From Aquabacterium sp. (lineage in GTDB: Bacteria; Pseudomonadota; Gammaproteobacteria; Burkholderiales; Burkholderiaceae_C): a DNA stretch of 64,000 nucleotides. This document shows, piece after piece, positions 1-13,300 of the stretch; position 1 is the stretch's first letter, and every line of letters begins with the position of its first letter. The stretch covers positions 8,792 to 72,791 of the forward strand of contig JASGIQ010000005.1 of assembly GCA_047601765.1 (NCBI GenBank), given 5' to 3'. Under the pieces are notes generated by a model. It worked only from the letters and a program-made list of their open reading frames with translations. It was not told the origin of the DNA and did no database searches. The position numbers were made by a program, and so were the translations under genes.

Positions 1-2
1 CA

Positions 3-1073
3 CCCCTGGTCACGCTGGTGGGCCAGTCGATACAGACCAACGGCGCCGGCCTGCAGGTGCTGGGTGACGGCGACGGGCTGACGCTGGGCAGCCGCCCCGA
101 TCCCGCCAACCCGAATGCGACGCCGCCGCTGTCGCAGGCCGACATCGTGATCGGCGCCAGTGCCGACGCGGGGGCCCAGGCCCTCGTGCTGGGCAGCAAG
201 GCGCCGGTCTTCAACACCGCAGGGCGCATCAACATCGCACCGATGGGGCTGGAGATCAACGATGCCCGTCAGGCCTACCGCAACAACGCCCAGGCCATCC
301 GCATCGGAGCCAGCAATGGCAGCACCAATTTCAACATCGATCCGCGCTGGATCGCACGCACGCCGGCTGGCGGCACCGCACCGGCGGCTGGGTATGTGAT
401 CGGATCGAGCAGCCACCGCGGCCAGATCACGGTGGCCGATGGTGCGTTGGACAATGCTGGCAAGGTGTCGCTGCAGAACCAGGGCAGCACGGAGGGCGCG
501 CCCCGCTCGCAAGGCATTGTGCTGGGCGCCCAGTCGGGCATCCGCCAGCTCAATCTGCTGACCACGGGTGACATCAGCCAGACCGGCCCGCTCCAGGTCG
601 GCACCTTGAACATCAAGATGTCGCCGCAATCGCAGGTGGCGCTCAACAGCCCGGGCAACAGCATCCAGACCTTGAACTTCGATGGCGCCCCCACGGCACC
701 CAATGTCACGCCGGCGGCCACCACCAACAGCGGGGATGCGCAGATCGCAGGCTTCAACACCGCGCAATCGGCGTTCGAGAACCTGCGCATCGCCGCTGTG
801 GCGACCAACGATGACCGCGGCATCCGTCACGATGACATCGACCGCAGCTTCGAAGGCACGGACCTGATCAACGAGCTGCGCACCGATGTGTACGTGCACG
901 GCCAGTTGAGCCGGCCGCAGTTGTGCACACCGGCGAACGCGACGGGCCATGCCTCCGGCTTGCGTGATCAGGCGGCCGATGCGCTGGTGCTGGAGTGGGC
1001 GAAGGTCCGCCGTGGGCCGCAACTCACCAGTTGTGCCGGCATGCGGGCGGACAACAGCTGCGCGGCGTTCTGA
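3..1073 (+). CDS. C-terminal part of a large filamentous-haemagglutinin-like exoprotein (5' truncated by the window edge)
   Basis: Frame is open from the window edge to TGA at 1071-1073. The Gly/Ala/Asn/Thr-rich beta-helix-like sequence (ITVADGALDNAGKVSL, LNLLTTGDISQTGPLQVGTLNI) and Cys-containing C-tail resemble two-partner-secretion passenger tails. The N-terminus is not visible. Confidence 0.5.
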   Translation, partial: PLVTLVGQSIQTNGAGLQVLGDGDGLTLGSRPDPANPNATPPLSQADIVIGASADAGAQALVLGSKAPVFNTAGRINIAPMGLEINDARQAYRNNAQAIRIGASNGSTNFNIDPRWIARTPAGGTAPAAGYVIGSSSHRGQITVADGALDNAGKVSLQNQGSTEGAPRSQGIVLGAQSGIRQLNLLTTGDISQTGPLQVGTLNIKMSPQSQVALNSPGNSIQTLNFDGAPTAPNVTPAATTNSGDAQIAGFNTAQSAFENLRIAAVATNDDRGIRHDDIDRSFEGTDLINELRTDVYVHGQLSRPQLCTPANATGHASGLRDQAADALVLEWAKVRRGPQLTSCAGMRADNSCAAF

Positions 1074-1102
1074 GTCCCACCCTTCCTTTCTCCCTCCCTC
1101 GA

Positions 1103-1134
1103 AAGCCCCGAAGCAGTCGCTTCGGGGCTTTTTT
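1103..1134 (+). terminator. Rho-independent terminator
   Basis: AAGCCCCGAAGC-agtc-GCTTCGGGGCTT stem followed by a T-run, 30 nt after the stop at 1073. Confidence 0.85.
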
Positions 1135-1142
1135 ACTTGGCG

Positions 1143-1164
1143 ACCCCCCTTGTTTGAGGGGGGT
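1143..1164. other. Second GC hairpin upstream of the RHS gene
   Basis: ACCCCCCT-tgtttg-AGGGGGGT perfect inverted repeat; function unknown. Confidence 0.5.
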
Positions 1165-1333
1165 GTGGAAGCTAAACATTTTTTCAGATCTCAGGAAATA
1201 GCTATTTGAAACCTGCGCGTCAAAGGCGCAAGGCACATGACAGGTGGGGGCGTTTTGCGCCACGGCAGCGGAGACAGCTGTCTTGCGCAAATCGGCTGTT
1301 TGCCAGGCAAAGCTCAAAGAGATAGGAAAGAAG

Positions 1334-4300
1334 ATGACTGCAATCGTTGCTGGACAAGGACTGGGGCTGTTCAACACGTCGGCCAATGTGCTGGGAGGCC
1401 AGGGCGGCATTGGGGTGGCATCGCAGGGGCGCAGTGGGGAGCAGGTGGTGGTCAACGCCACGACGGGCAACCTGGTGGTGCAGCAGCAAGATGAGTGGCT
1501 GGTGGGTGTGGGCCCGGATGTGGGTGCCAAGCGCACGTACAACAGCCTGGGTGGCGCGGACGGGGACAACAACGACAAGTGGCGTCTGGGGTTGAACCGC
1601 AAGATCACGGGGTTTGTGAGCGGCTCCAAGGTGGTGCGCGTTGGCGAGGACGGGCAGGAGCAGACGTACGACTGGAATGCGACGCTGGGTCTGTATGTGA
1701 ACAAGGACGGCGCGGGCAGCTTCGATACGCTCAAGCTGGAGTCGACGGTGTGGACGTGGACGGACGGGGACACGCGCACGGTCGAGACGTACGAGATCAC
1801 GAACGCGACGACCAAGGACGCGCGGCTGCAAAAGATCACGGATGCGGACGCCAAGGTGGTGACGCTGGGGTATGACGCAACGAGCGGGATGCTCAAGACG
1901 GCCAAGACCTCGAATGGGGAGACGCTGGAGTTCACGTACGAGAACTCGTCGGTGACGGGGCAGCCCACGCGCATCAAGTCGGTGCTGCTCAAGAACGCGG
2001 GCAACGCGACGTACTTCAAGCGCGTGACGTATGACTACGACAGCTCGGACCGGCTGTGGAAGGTGACGGTGGACCTCAGTCCTGAGGACCAGAGCACGGC
2101 CGATGCCAAGACGTATGTGACGGAGTACCTGTACTACGACGGCACCAAGCAGTTGCGCTATTTGCGCCAGCAAGATGGCAGCGAGCTGGAGTTCAAGTAC
2201 GACGCGGGCGGCAAGGTCGAGTGGATCAAGGAGCTGGTCACGCCGGGGGCGACGCCGGAGGTGCGCCAGACGAGCTTCAGCTACAACGGCAACGTCACGC
2301 GGGTGACGGATGCGTCCGGGCAGGTCACGGAGCTGACGTACCGCAACACGGCGGGGGTGGCATACGGGCAGCTCGAGCGCATCAGCCGCCCGCTGGTGGG
2401 TGGCAGCGCGCCGGTGATCCGCTTCGACTATGACGCGGACGGCAACGTCAAGACGGTGACCGATGAGCGCGGCTACGTCACGCAGTACCGCTACGATGCC
2501 AGCGGCAACCGGATTTTTGAAGAAGACGCACAAGGCAATGTGGTCGAGCGCACCTTCAGCGCCGCCAACCAGTTGCTGAGCGAGACGGTCTACAGCGGGC
2601 GCGATACGGATGCGGACGGGGGCGCCAGCGGTGCGCAGACGACGTACTACGTGTACGACACGGCCAAGCCGACGCAGCTGCGCTATGTGGTCAGCGCCGA
2701 CGGGCGTGTCACGCGCTACGACTATGACGCGGGCACGGGCCAGCGCACGGCCAAGTTCCAGTATCTGAACAACACGTTGTCGAGCTGGAGGCAGGACTTC
2801 AGCCAGGACACGACCGGCTTGAGCACGGTGGCTGGTTTTGCGTGGAGCGCGACAAGCCGGCGCCTGGAGTACGTGGCCACGACGACGGCGTCGTCGGCGA
2901 GCACGTCCAGCAGCGCGACAGCGGCCCTGGGCAGCCTCTGGAGCATGGAGGTGAGCACGCCGGCTGGCGGCATTGGCCAGGATCTGCTGTTTGCGGGGCT
3001 GGAGTCGGGCACGGCGGCCACGGCCAGCTTCCGCCGCCTGCGTCTGCGCCTGAGCAACGGCCAGTTCTACACCGAGCAGCAAAGCGGCACCTCGGCCAAT
3101 GCGGCGGTGCTGCTGGGCGCAGCCGGTGCGGGCAAGACCTATGTGGTGGAGTTCGACACCCGGGCTGACGGCAGCATGGTGTTGTACGTGTACGAGAAGG
3201 GCAAGCCGCGCAGCGCCGGTCTGCAAAAGACGTTTGCGGCCGATGCGGGCTGGACGGCGCCCAAGCTGTACATCCAGGGCAACTCCGGGGCATCGGCCAT
3301 TGCCGGCACGGTGGCGGTGGACAACATCGCAGCGCAACTGCGCCCGACGCTGGGCGAGCTCAACACCTGGGTAGGCCAGACCGACAAGACGGCGTGGGTG
3401 CGCACGGCCTATGGCTACGACGAGCGCGGCCAGGTCAGCAGCGAGATCACGTATGGCCGCACGGATGCGGCCGGCAACGGCGAAGAAACGCCGTGGGATC
3501 AGGAGAGCTGGTCGGATGAGTACACGCAGTACGTGTATGACCAGTCGGGCAACCTCAAGCAGAAGATCGACCTGACCAAGGTGTGGGCGATGACGGCGAG
3601 CAACAACAGCTCGTCGATGGAGCAGCGCCGGCTGTGGGGCGTGGTGTACGGCGCCAACGATCCCAATGGCGTGCAGGGCGAGCCCAAGAAGGTGGAGCAC
3701 CTGACGGCGCAGGATCTGGCGCTGCTCGAAGCCAAGGCGACGTACAAGACCGAGTACGTGTACGACGGACTCAACCGCATCACCAGCGAGACGGACGGCC
3801 TGGGCAACCTCACCAAGACGACGTACCTGGATGCCAGCCGTGGGCTGCAGGTGGACATGGCCAACGGCCTGACGCGCGTGAGCACGTACGACCGTGCTGG
3901 CCGTCTGATCTACCAGAGCCAGTACGCGGCCAGCGCGCCGGCGACCTCGCTGGGTGCCAAGGAGTACACGTACGACAAGATGGGCCGTCTGACCTCGACC
4001 AAGGAGGTCTCCACGGGAGAGCGCAGCTACATCCTGTATGACGCGCTGGGCCGCAAGGTGGCCGATATTGATGCCGAAGGCGCGCTCACGGAGTACCGCT
4101 ACAACGATGCGGGGCAGCTGACGGGCACCATTGGCTACACGCTGAAGGTCTCCTCGGCGGTGCTGGCGGCGCTGGCGGCCGACCCGTCGCAGGCGGGCCT
4201 GTCGGCGAGCATGCTGACGGCCAACCTGTCGCTGTGGACGCAGCCGGTGAGCCATGCGGCCATCACGTCGGGCATCAACACGCCCACTAACGCGACGGCC

Positions 4301-7300
4301 AACAAGGCGCTGCTGGCGGGCGACTACACGCGCTGGCTCAAGCAGACGGGCGCGGACACGGGCCTGAGCTCCTATATCCAGAGCGAAGCGGTGGCGTTGC
4401 CCGCAACGGGCAGCCGGCGCCTGGAAGTCTCGGCCTACGTGGGGGTGGTCAATGCCTCGGCCAGCATCGAGGTGCAGTTCTTCAACACCACGACGGTGAC
4501 GTCGACCACCGTGCCGGCATCGACCGTGGTGACCGGCGCGAGCACCTCGGCTGCACCGAAGGCAGGCGGCGTGGCCTTTGGTGACTACGAGAAGCTGCAA
4601 GCTTATGTGGACATTCCGGCAGGGGCTGTGATGGCGCGCCTGGTGGTGCGCAAGTCCGGCTCAAGCGCGGCCGAGTCGTACATGTACGTCACGCACCCTG
4701 TGCTCGCGCAGGCGGCAGCCCCGACGGCAACGATGAGCAAGTCGTTTGCGCTGCTGGACGTGCGTCCGCCTCTGGCGGCGGGCGACCGCATGAGCTGGAA
4801 CGTCTACGACAAGGCCGGCCGTCTGGCGATGGTGCTGAGCAGCCGTGGCAATGGTGCCAATGGTCTGGACGAATACCTGAGCGTCAAGGAGATGCGCTAT
4901 GACGGCGCCGGGCGCCTGACGGACACCATCGAATACGCCAATCCGCTCTACAGCACCAGCGCCAAGGCGCTGCGCCGAGGCGGCGTGGAGGTGCAAGTGC
5001 CGGCCAATGGGCAGATCAGCATCGATGGCACGCTGACCGTGCTGACCCCGGACAGCGCATACGACCGGCGCACGCGCAACTACTACAGCGCCGAGGGCCT
5101 GCTCATCGGTCAGCTCGACGCCGAGAACTACTACACCCAGTACGCCTACAACGGCGCGGGGCTGCTGCAGACGCTCACGCGCTATGCCAAGGCCGTGGCC
5201 GAGCCGATCCCCGAGGACGGCGCGCCCCCGAAGGTCTCGCCCAGCTACTTCGTGTTCAATCTGAACGATCTGGCTGCCGGTGTGGACCGCACCACGCGCT
5301 ACTACTACAACGGGCGCAAACAGCTCATTGGCGAGGTGGATGCCGAAGGGTATTACACCGCCTACCAATACGATGCCACGGGCAACAAGTCGCACCAGAC
5401 GCGTTACGCCAACACGGTGAGCAACCTGATCACCAACAGCACCCCGCCGCTGGTGCTGAGCGCAGCGCCGGCGGGCTCTGCCGCGTTCGTGCTGACCAGC
5501 AGCGAAGACCAGACGACGCAGTATTTCTACGATGCAGACAACCGGCTGGCGCGCTCGCTGGAAAAGCCCGCCAATGTGGTGAGCACCTTCGAGTACGACA
5601 AGGCGGGCAATCTGGTGCGTGCCGTGCGTGCTCTGGGCACGGACGACGAGCGCACGGCGCTCAAGCGCTATGACGCAGCCGGGCGCCTCGTGGGCGAGCT
5701 CAGCGCAGAAGGTGCCAAGGCGCTGGTGGGCAAGACCCTGCAGGCCGACATCGACCTGGTGTGGAAGAACTACGGCACTGAGCACCGCTACGATGCGGCC
5801 GGGCGGCGGGTGGCGACCATCGAGCCCGATGGCTCGGCCAACAGCGCGGGCAACAAGACACTGTTCTACTACGACAAGGTCGGGCGCCTGACGCACAGCA
5901 TCAATGCGCTGGGCGAGGTCACGCAGTACACCTACAACGCGTTCGGCAACCAAAGCGAAGTGCGCCAGGTGGGCACACGCCTGAGTGGTGCCGTGCTGGG
6001 CACGCTCAATGGCGGCCTGAACACGGCCCTGGGCACCAATGTGAGCAGCTTGCTCAACAGCTCGCTGGATGCCTATGTCGCGCGGCTGTACAACCGCGCC
6101 GGCCAGGAGCGTTACAGCAGCGACCAGATGCGCAACGTTACTTACAGTAACTACGGCGTCTTCGGTGACCTTGAAAGCCTGCAAAGGCCCGATACCGGTG
6201 TCCATACCGAATGGATGGGCTATGAGTACGACCGACGCGGTCGGCTCATGGCTGCTCACCAGGTGACCGAGGACGGCATCCTGCGCAGCAACCTGACGCA
6301 GTACAACGCGTTTGGCCAGCTGATGAAGGCCACGGATGCGCGCGGCAATGTCACGCTGTACCTCAATGACCGCCTGGGCCGCACGTACGCTGTCACCAAC
6401 CCGAACTCGCAGATGTTCGGTGTCACGACCACGTACGATGCCTTCAACCGCGTCGTCATCCAGCGTGATCGCAACGGCCAGGAGACCACCTACGCCTACG
6501 ACAGCGCCAACCGCACGGTCAAGATCACCACGCCTGAAGGGGCGGCAGCCAGCGTCACCTACCAGAGCACGCAGGTGATGAACCGCCACGGGCAGACCGT
6601 CAGCGTCACCGATGGCCGTGGCACCTACACGCAGTACACGTACGACGCGGATGGCCAACTGACCAACACCACGGTCAAGAAGAGCGCCACCGGCATTGCG
6701 CTGTCCAACGACAGCCTCACGTACGACAAGGCCGGCCGTGTGAGCACGCGCAGCAGCACCACTGGCATGCTCACCAGCTACGAGTACGACAAGGCCAACC
6801 GCGTGCTCAAGCAGACGCAGACGGACACGTGGTCGGGCCAGAGCTATACGAGCGAATACCGCTATGACGCGCTGGGCCGCGCCGTCTGGAAGAAGGACCA
6901 GGCCGGCGTGTGGACGCAGACCGAGTTCGATCTGACTGGCCGCGTCACGGCGGTGGTGGTCAACCCGGCGAGCATTCCCAGCAGCCAGCAAGCCACCAAC
7001 GAGCTCAACATCACCCTGGTGGCCAACCCGGACACCGGCAGCGATGTGGGCCTGCGCACCACCTTCGACTACGACGAGCGCGGCCAGCTGCGCTTCATCA
7101 CCGAAGGTGCGGGCTCGAGCCAGCCCAAGAAGACGGAGTACCGCTACGACGCGGCAGGCCGGCGCGAATACGAGATCGTCGATCCGGACAACCTGCAGCT
7201 GACCACGCAGTACGTCTACGACGGCAACGACAACGTGGTCGCCCGCATTGCCAAGGGGGCCACAGCCGCCCTGGACCGCACCACCCGCTACGTCTACGAT

Positions 7301-10300
7301 GCCAGCAACCGCGTGGCCTTCGAGGTCGATGCCACCGGCGCGGTCACGCAGACCGAGTACGACCCGCAAGGCAACGTCAGCCGCGTGACGGCGTACGCCA
7401 AGCGCATTGACCTGAGCGGCGTGCTCCTGGGGCTGCTGACGGCAGCTGACATCACCAGCCGCACCGGTGCGCCCAGCGCCAGCGTCGACCAGGTGACCCG
7501 TTATGTGTACGATGCCAACAATCGCCTGCAGCTGAGCGTGGATGCACTGGGCTATGGCACGCGCTACGAGTACGACCAGGCGGGCAACGTCGTGGTCAAG
7601 ACCCGCTATGCGACCAAGGCGCCGGCATTGACCGAAGCGAGCGATGAAGGCACGTTGCGCTACACGGTGGACATGGCCGCGCTCAAGGCCATCGGCAACG
7701 ACAGCATCGACCAGGTCGACCAGTACACGTATGACGGCCTGGGCCGCGTGACCGGCCATGTGGATGCCGAAGGCGGCTACACCGAGACCTACTACAACCC
7801 GTACAACGCCCGGGAAATCCGCACCACGCGCTATGCCAACGCGCTGGTGTACCCCAGCACGGTGACAGAGCCGGCCGTCAAGAACCGCCTGCTGCCCAAC
7901 AAGGCGCCGCTCAAGACGACGAGCGTGCCCAATGCGGCCACCATCCTGGAGCCGACGCTGCAGACCAGCGGCGGCACCGCGGGCAAGGACGTCACCACCT
8001 ACACCTGGACGGACGGCCTGGGCCGCACGACGGCCACGCGCGACGGCGAGGGCTACCAGGTGCACTACGTGCTCGATGCGCTGGGCCGCGTGATCAAGCG
8101 CTTTGACGAGGCGGGCAACACCACGCGCAACGTCTACGACAGCGCGGGGCGTCTGGTGATCAGCGGCGATGCCCGCGGCACGCTGACCAAGAACACCTAT
8201 GACGCAGCCGGCCGCCTGACCCAGAGCAGCCAGCACGACAACGCGCAAGGCGCGCTGGACATGGGCGTCAACCTGGGCGCAGATGGCGCGCTTGCGCGCA
8301 ACCTGGGCAGCTTCAACGCAGGCGACCAGGTCACTGTCACGGTCTGGGTCAAGGCCGATGACAACATGATCGGCAAGATGACGCTGGGCAACCAGGCCGG
8401 CACCTTGCAGGATGTCAAGGAGGCCTGGGGCACGCGGGACATGGATGACGGCTGGCAGATGGTCACGCTGAGCTTCACGCCCACGGCCACCATGGACGTG
8501 TGGCTCACGCTCAAGGGCGATCCCAGCACGGCTGGCAAGGACCGCTTCGTGATGTACGACGACATCACGGCCAGCGTCAAGCGCAACGGCACCAACACCA
8601 CGACGCAGCTGTTCATCGACAGCTTCTACAACAGCAACATCAATGCGGCGCTGAGCAACTACACCGCCACGGGCAGCGTCAGCCGCATCGAGTACCTCTA
8701 CAACGTCGGCGACGACGCCTCGTACGAGTTCATGGCCGCCACGACGGCAGCCAGCCGCCTGAGCACGTACACGTACGACACGGCAGGCCGCCTGCTCGAA
8801 CAGACGCAGGCCAAGGGCAAGGCCGAGGAGGCCACCACCCGCTACGTGCTCAACGCCTTCGGACAGCAGGAAAAGATCATCGATCCGCGCGGCATCGCAG
8901 CGGCCACGGCCACGACCGACTGGGCCATCGATGAGCGCGCCCGCATCCTGGGGCGTGACCGCTCGCTGTGCCTGAGCGCACCGGTCAAGGACAGCGCCGA
9001 CTACAACGCGATCCTGGCGGCCTACACCACCACCAACGTCTTCGACAACGAAGGCCGCGTCACCGAAAGCCGCGACCCCCTGGGCGGCACCACCAGGACG
9101 AACTACGACGCCTTTGGCAACGCCATCCGCATCCAGGACCCCAACGGCAACTACGGCTACTTCGTCTTCGATCAGCTCAACCAGGCCACCTGGCAGATCG
9201 ACCCCATGGGCTATGCCACCCAGACCCAGTACAACGGGTTGGGCCAGGTCGAACAGATCGTCAAGTACGACAGCGCAGTCGTCAACCAGCACAACATCTG
9301 GAGCGACACCACCAAGACCGTGCAAGCACCGTTGACCGACAACACGTCGGCCAGCCTGCCCTACCTCGTCAAGAACGCCACCAAGGACGCCACCACTTCC
9401 ATTGCCCATGACCGCGCAGGCCGCCAGACCAAGATCACCGACGCCGAAGGCTACTTCGAGTCGATGAGCTATGACGCGCTGGGCAACAAGAAGACCTACA
9501 CAGCCAAGTCCAACACGGCCACCAAGGTCGCCGGCGGCCTCTACAGCTACGAGTACGACCGCCGTGGCCAGCTCAAGCAGGAAACCCTGCCTGTCAAGGT
9601 CAAGCAATACGACGCCACGACCGGCGCCGAAACCAGCAGCGGCAACGCCGTCATCAACAAGTACGAGTACGACGCACGCGGCAACCGCACCAAGTCCATC
9701 GAAGCCGCAGGCTTGCAGGAGCAGCGCACCACCACCTACAAGTTCGACTTGCTCAACCGCCAGACCGAACAGACCGGCCAGGAGATGGATGTCTTCACGG
9801 CTGACGGTGTGGGCGAGCGCAAAGCCACGCCTACCGAGTCGCGCAAGTACGACGCCAGTGGCAACCTCATCGAAGTCAAAGCCGCCGATGGTGCGCGCAC
9901 GCTGATGTACTACGACGCGCTGGGGCGCAAGGTCAGCGAGGTGGGGCCGACCGGCATGATGACGGCCTACACCTACGACGCCGCCGGCAATGTGGTTGTG
10001 CAACGCGTCTATGGCGATGCCGTGGCCTTGCCAGCGTCCGTTGGCAGCACCGCGCCGACACCCGTCAACGCCAGCAATTACCGCGAAACCCGCTTCACCT
10101 TCAACGCCAATGGCCTGCAGACCTCGCAGACCATTGTGGGCAACAACAAGCTCCAAGTTGGCGAGATCAATCCGAAGACGGGCAACTTCGAGTTGCGCAG
10201 CCAGGATCTGGTGTCTCGCAAGACATACGATGCCAGCGGCAACACAGTGAGCGAAACCGATGCCCGCGGCAACACGATCTGGCGCTACTACAACAAGGCC

Positions 10301-13300
10301 GGCCAGATGGTGGCCCAGGTCGATGCAGAGCGCTATCTGAGCGTCTACAACTACGATGCCGGTGGCCATGTCACTGGCGAGACGCGGTACGGCAGCAAGA
10401 TCAAGGACAGCTTCGTGCTCAAGGCCGGCTACAGCGTGACCGAGCTGACCGCCGCCTTGCTGGCGACGGACAACCGCAAGACCGATTGGGCCTTCGACAA
10501 GCTCGGGCGCCTGACGACGCACACGGTCTATGGGGTGGAGTCCGCAACGGTCAACAGCACCAACGGCGCCCTCACGGTCAACACCACGGCCAATGCCGTG
10601 ACAAGCTACGAGTACAACGGTCTGGGTCAGGTCGTGCGCAAGACCGAGGCCACGACCGACGTGCTCGACTGGATCTTCGATGAACTGGGACGCGAGACCA
10701 GCAAGCTGGGCGCCAAGTTCACGGACTTCGAAGGCAAGACCGATGCGCGGCAGGTGACAAAAACCGAGTACAACGCACTCGGCCAGCTCAAGCTGCAGAC
10801 GCGTGCGGGCAAGGTCACGGCGGACGACCGCCATACCTGGTACTTCTATGGCGCCAACGGCGTGCTGCTGCGCGAAGAGCAAGATACCTCCGCGACGCAG
10901 CGCATTGCCACCCGCTACCAATACGACCTGGGCGGGCGCGTCGCCAGCAAGGCCATGGATCGCACCAATGCGGCAGGCACCGTCAGCACCGACATCACGA
11001 CGTACCTGTATGACCAGCGCGGCGCGCAACTCAAGCAGACCACCTACAACCTGACGGGCGCCGGTGCCAAGCTGCTCAACAACACGACCTACACGGCATT
11101 GCAGACGGTCGAGGCGCGTTACAGCGTCTACGGCGAAGTGATCAATCGCCGTACTTACGCCAGCACGGCCCCGGCCGCCGACAGCTGGCAGGAGTTTGCC
11201 GAGTTCGACGTGGCCGGCCGCATGATCAAGGGCAACGCCGGCGACGGCGTGACCAAGGTCTACGTCTACGACGCCAACGGCAACGCCACGGCCACCATCA
11301 CCAACAAAACCACCAATCTGGCCACGGTCTCCGTGAGCGATGCCGTCAAGGCAGCGGATGCCATCCGCACCTTCCAGGTCTTCGATCGCCGAAATTCCGT
11401 GGTCGAAACCATTGAAAGTGCCGCCTCCACCACGCCGGCGGCCACACCTGTCAGCAGCACCGATCCTGCATGGCAGGCAGGGTCCAATCTGCAGGTCACA
11501 CTGGGGGCGACGCCCGTCAGCGCCAATACGGAAGTCAATCCGCTACAGCAAGGCAGCATGGGGGCACTTGCAGGCGTGGTCCAAGTCGGCACCACATTCC
11601 GCGGAGATTATCCTCGTTGGTACTACCAATGCAGCGTCAACGTTCCCGATAACTCGGCAATGGGCAACGGCAAGCTGCGCGTCGTGGTTCAACTGGTCGA
11701 TATGAGGTACTCCACGCCGGAAGCACCTGTCTATGGGTACTTTGTTTACTATGTGGACGGTTTGGTAAATGGTGGGACATGGAGCGGTCCAGAAGAGTGG
11801 ATCGGCATCTTGCAAATCTTCAGCGGGGGGGCGGTTAACGTCGTATATCAATACGTGCCGAGAGAGGTATACATCGAGAAGGAAGGCCCCAACGGATACT
11901 CGAGATTGGCCACCGTCTCCGCGTATTTTGATGACGGTATCAATAACGGTGAGGACTATTTCAAGCAAGGGACTATCAACCATGCTGAACTCTTTGAGAC
12001 CCTCTCTGTCACGGGGCAACCTCAAGGTACCAAGAAGGTTGTGGCCAACTATCGGAAGTCTCTGAGCAATGATGCGTGGAAGCGGATCGAAATGCCGTAC
12101 GACGCGGCTTCAAGCGGCTACAGCGTATGGCTCACCGACTATTTCGGCGACGGTCAATATGACATCGTTTACTCGGCTCTTGATGAGGCCGGGAATGTGT
12201 TGAATCAGCAATCCGCTTCACTCAATGTGGCGGGGTTGTCTTCAACCACCTTCCAAGAGTTGAAGGCGAATTACAAAGCCACGGCGGTGCAACAGCCAAG
12301 TGATGGCAACCCGAAAATCTCTGCACTGTACGAAAATGACGGGATCACGACGGGCATTTTGACCATGGGTCTGAAGGGGCAACCTCCTTCGGCAACGGTC
12401 AAATTCCGCAAGAAGGGCACCACAACTTGGTCGCAAGACTTCAATTTGAGTCCCGTCACCATTGGCGCGAGCGCGGCCGCGGGCATGTTCCGCTTCGTGC
12501 CTACGGACGCGGTGTATGGCCTGACCGATACGGCCGCGCAGTACGAATACGTCCTGAGTACCAAGACGTCCGGTGGAGCAACCATTGAGCGCGTCTTGGG
12601 CGAGTTCAAGCTCAATGATCCCAACTCGGTCAAGACGAACCCTTCGTATCTCAACGAACTGGCCACGACCGTCCATTTCCAGAATCTGCCAAAGGACGCC
12701 GCATCGGTTCGTGTGCTGTACAGGACCACGGGTACCCAGAACGCCTGGACGTCTCAGACGCTGGACCGTCGCGAATCTGGCTCCTTTGACTGGATCACGT
12801 TCGAGACCGTGGTGCAAAATGGTTCTTCGACGTATCCGCTCGACTACGAAGTCCAGGCCTTTGACGCCAGCGGCAGGTTGATCCACGACTCCACCGGCAA
12901 GGTGAAAGTCGGCGCGGTCAATGAAATGGTCGCATCGTCCACAGCGAATGCCATGCCGGCCGCTGGTACGGTGGCCTTCAAGCCTCCTGTGGCCGCAGGG
13001 GCCACCCCCGTCACTCTCAAGCTGTACTACCGCAGTGCGGGCAGCACCGGCGCCTTCAGTGTCACGCCCTTGACGGCGTCGGTGGGGACCAACGGCGTCT
13101 TCTCCGTCAATGTCAGCTCCTTGCTGCCGAGCACTTCGCAAAGCGGTCAGTGGGAGTACTACTACGAGGTCTTTGATGGCGTGCCGACCAAACTCAGCGA
13201 CAGCGCCCAGCCCACATCCGCCGCTCCTGCCCGATTGGATCTGAGCAGCACGACCGCGGGTGCCACACCCCAGGCCTATCTGCTGGGCATCGGCAGCGCC

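Noticed and set aside
1244-1333. ORF-track GTG start for the RHS gene and a possible c-di-GMP riboswitch in this leader (GGCAAAG, GCGCAAA words)
   Set aside because: ATG 1334 has an RBS and gives the family-like MTAIVAGQGLGL start. The leader lacks the GNRA tetraloop/receptor and paired stems needed for a GEMM call.
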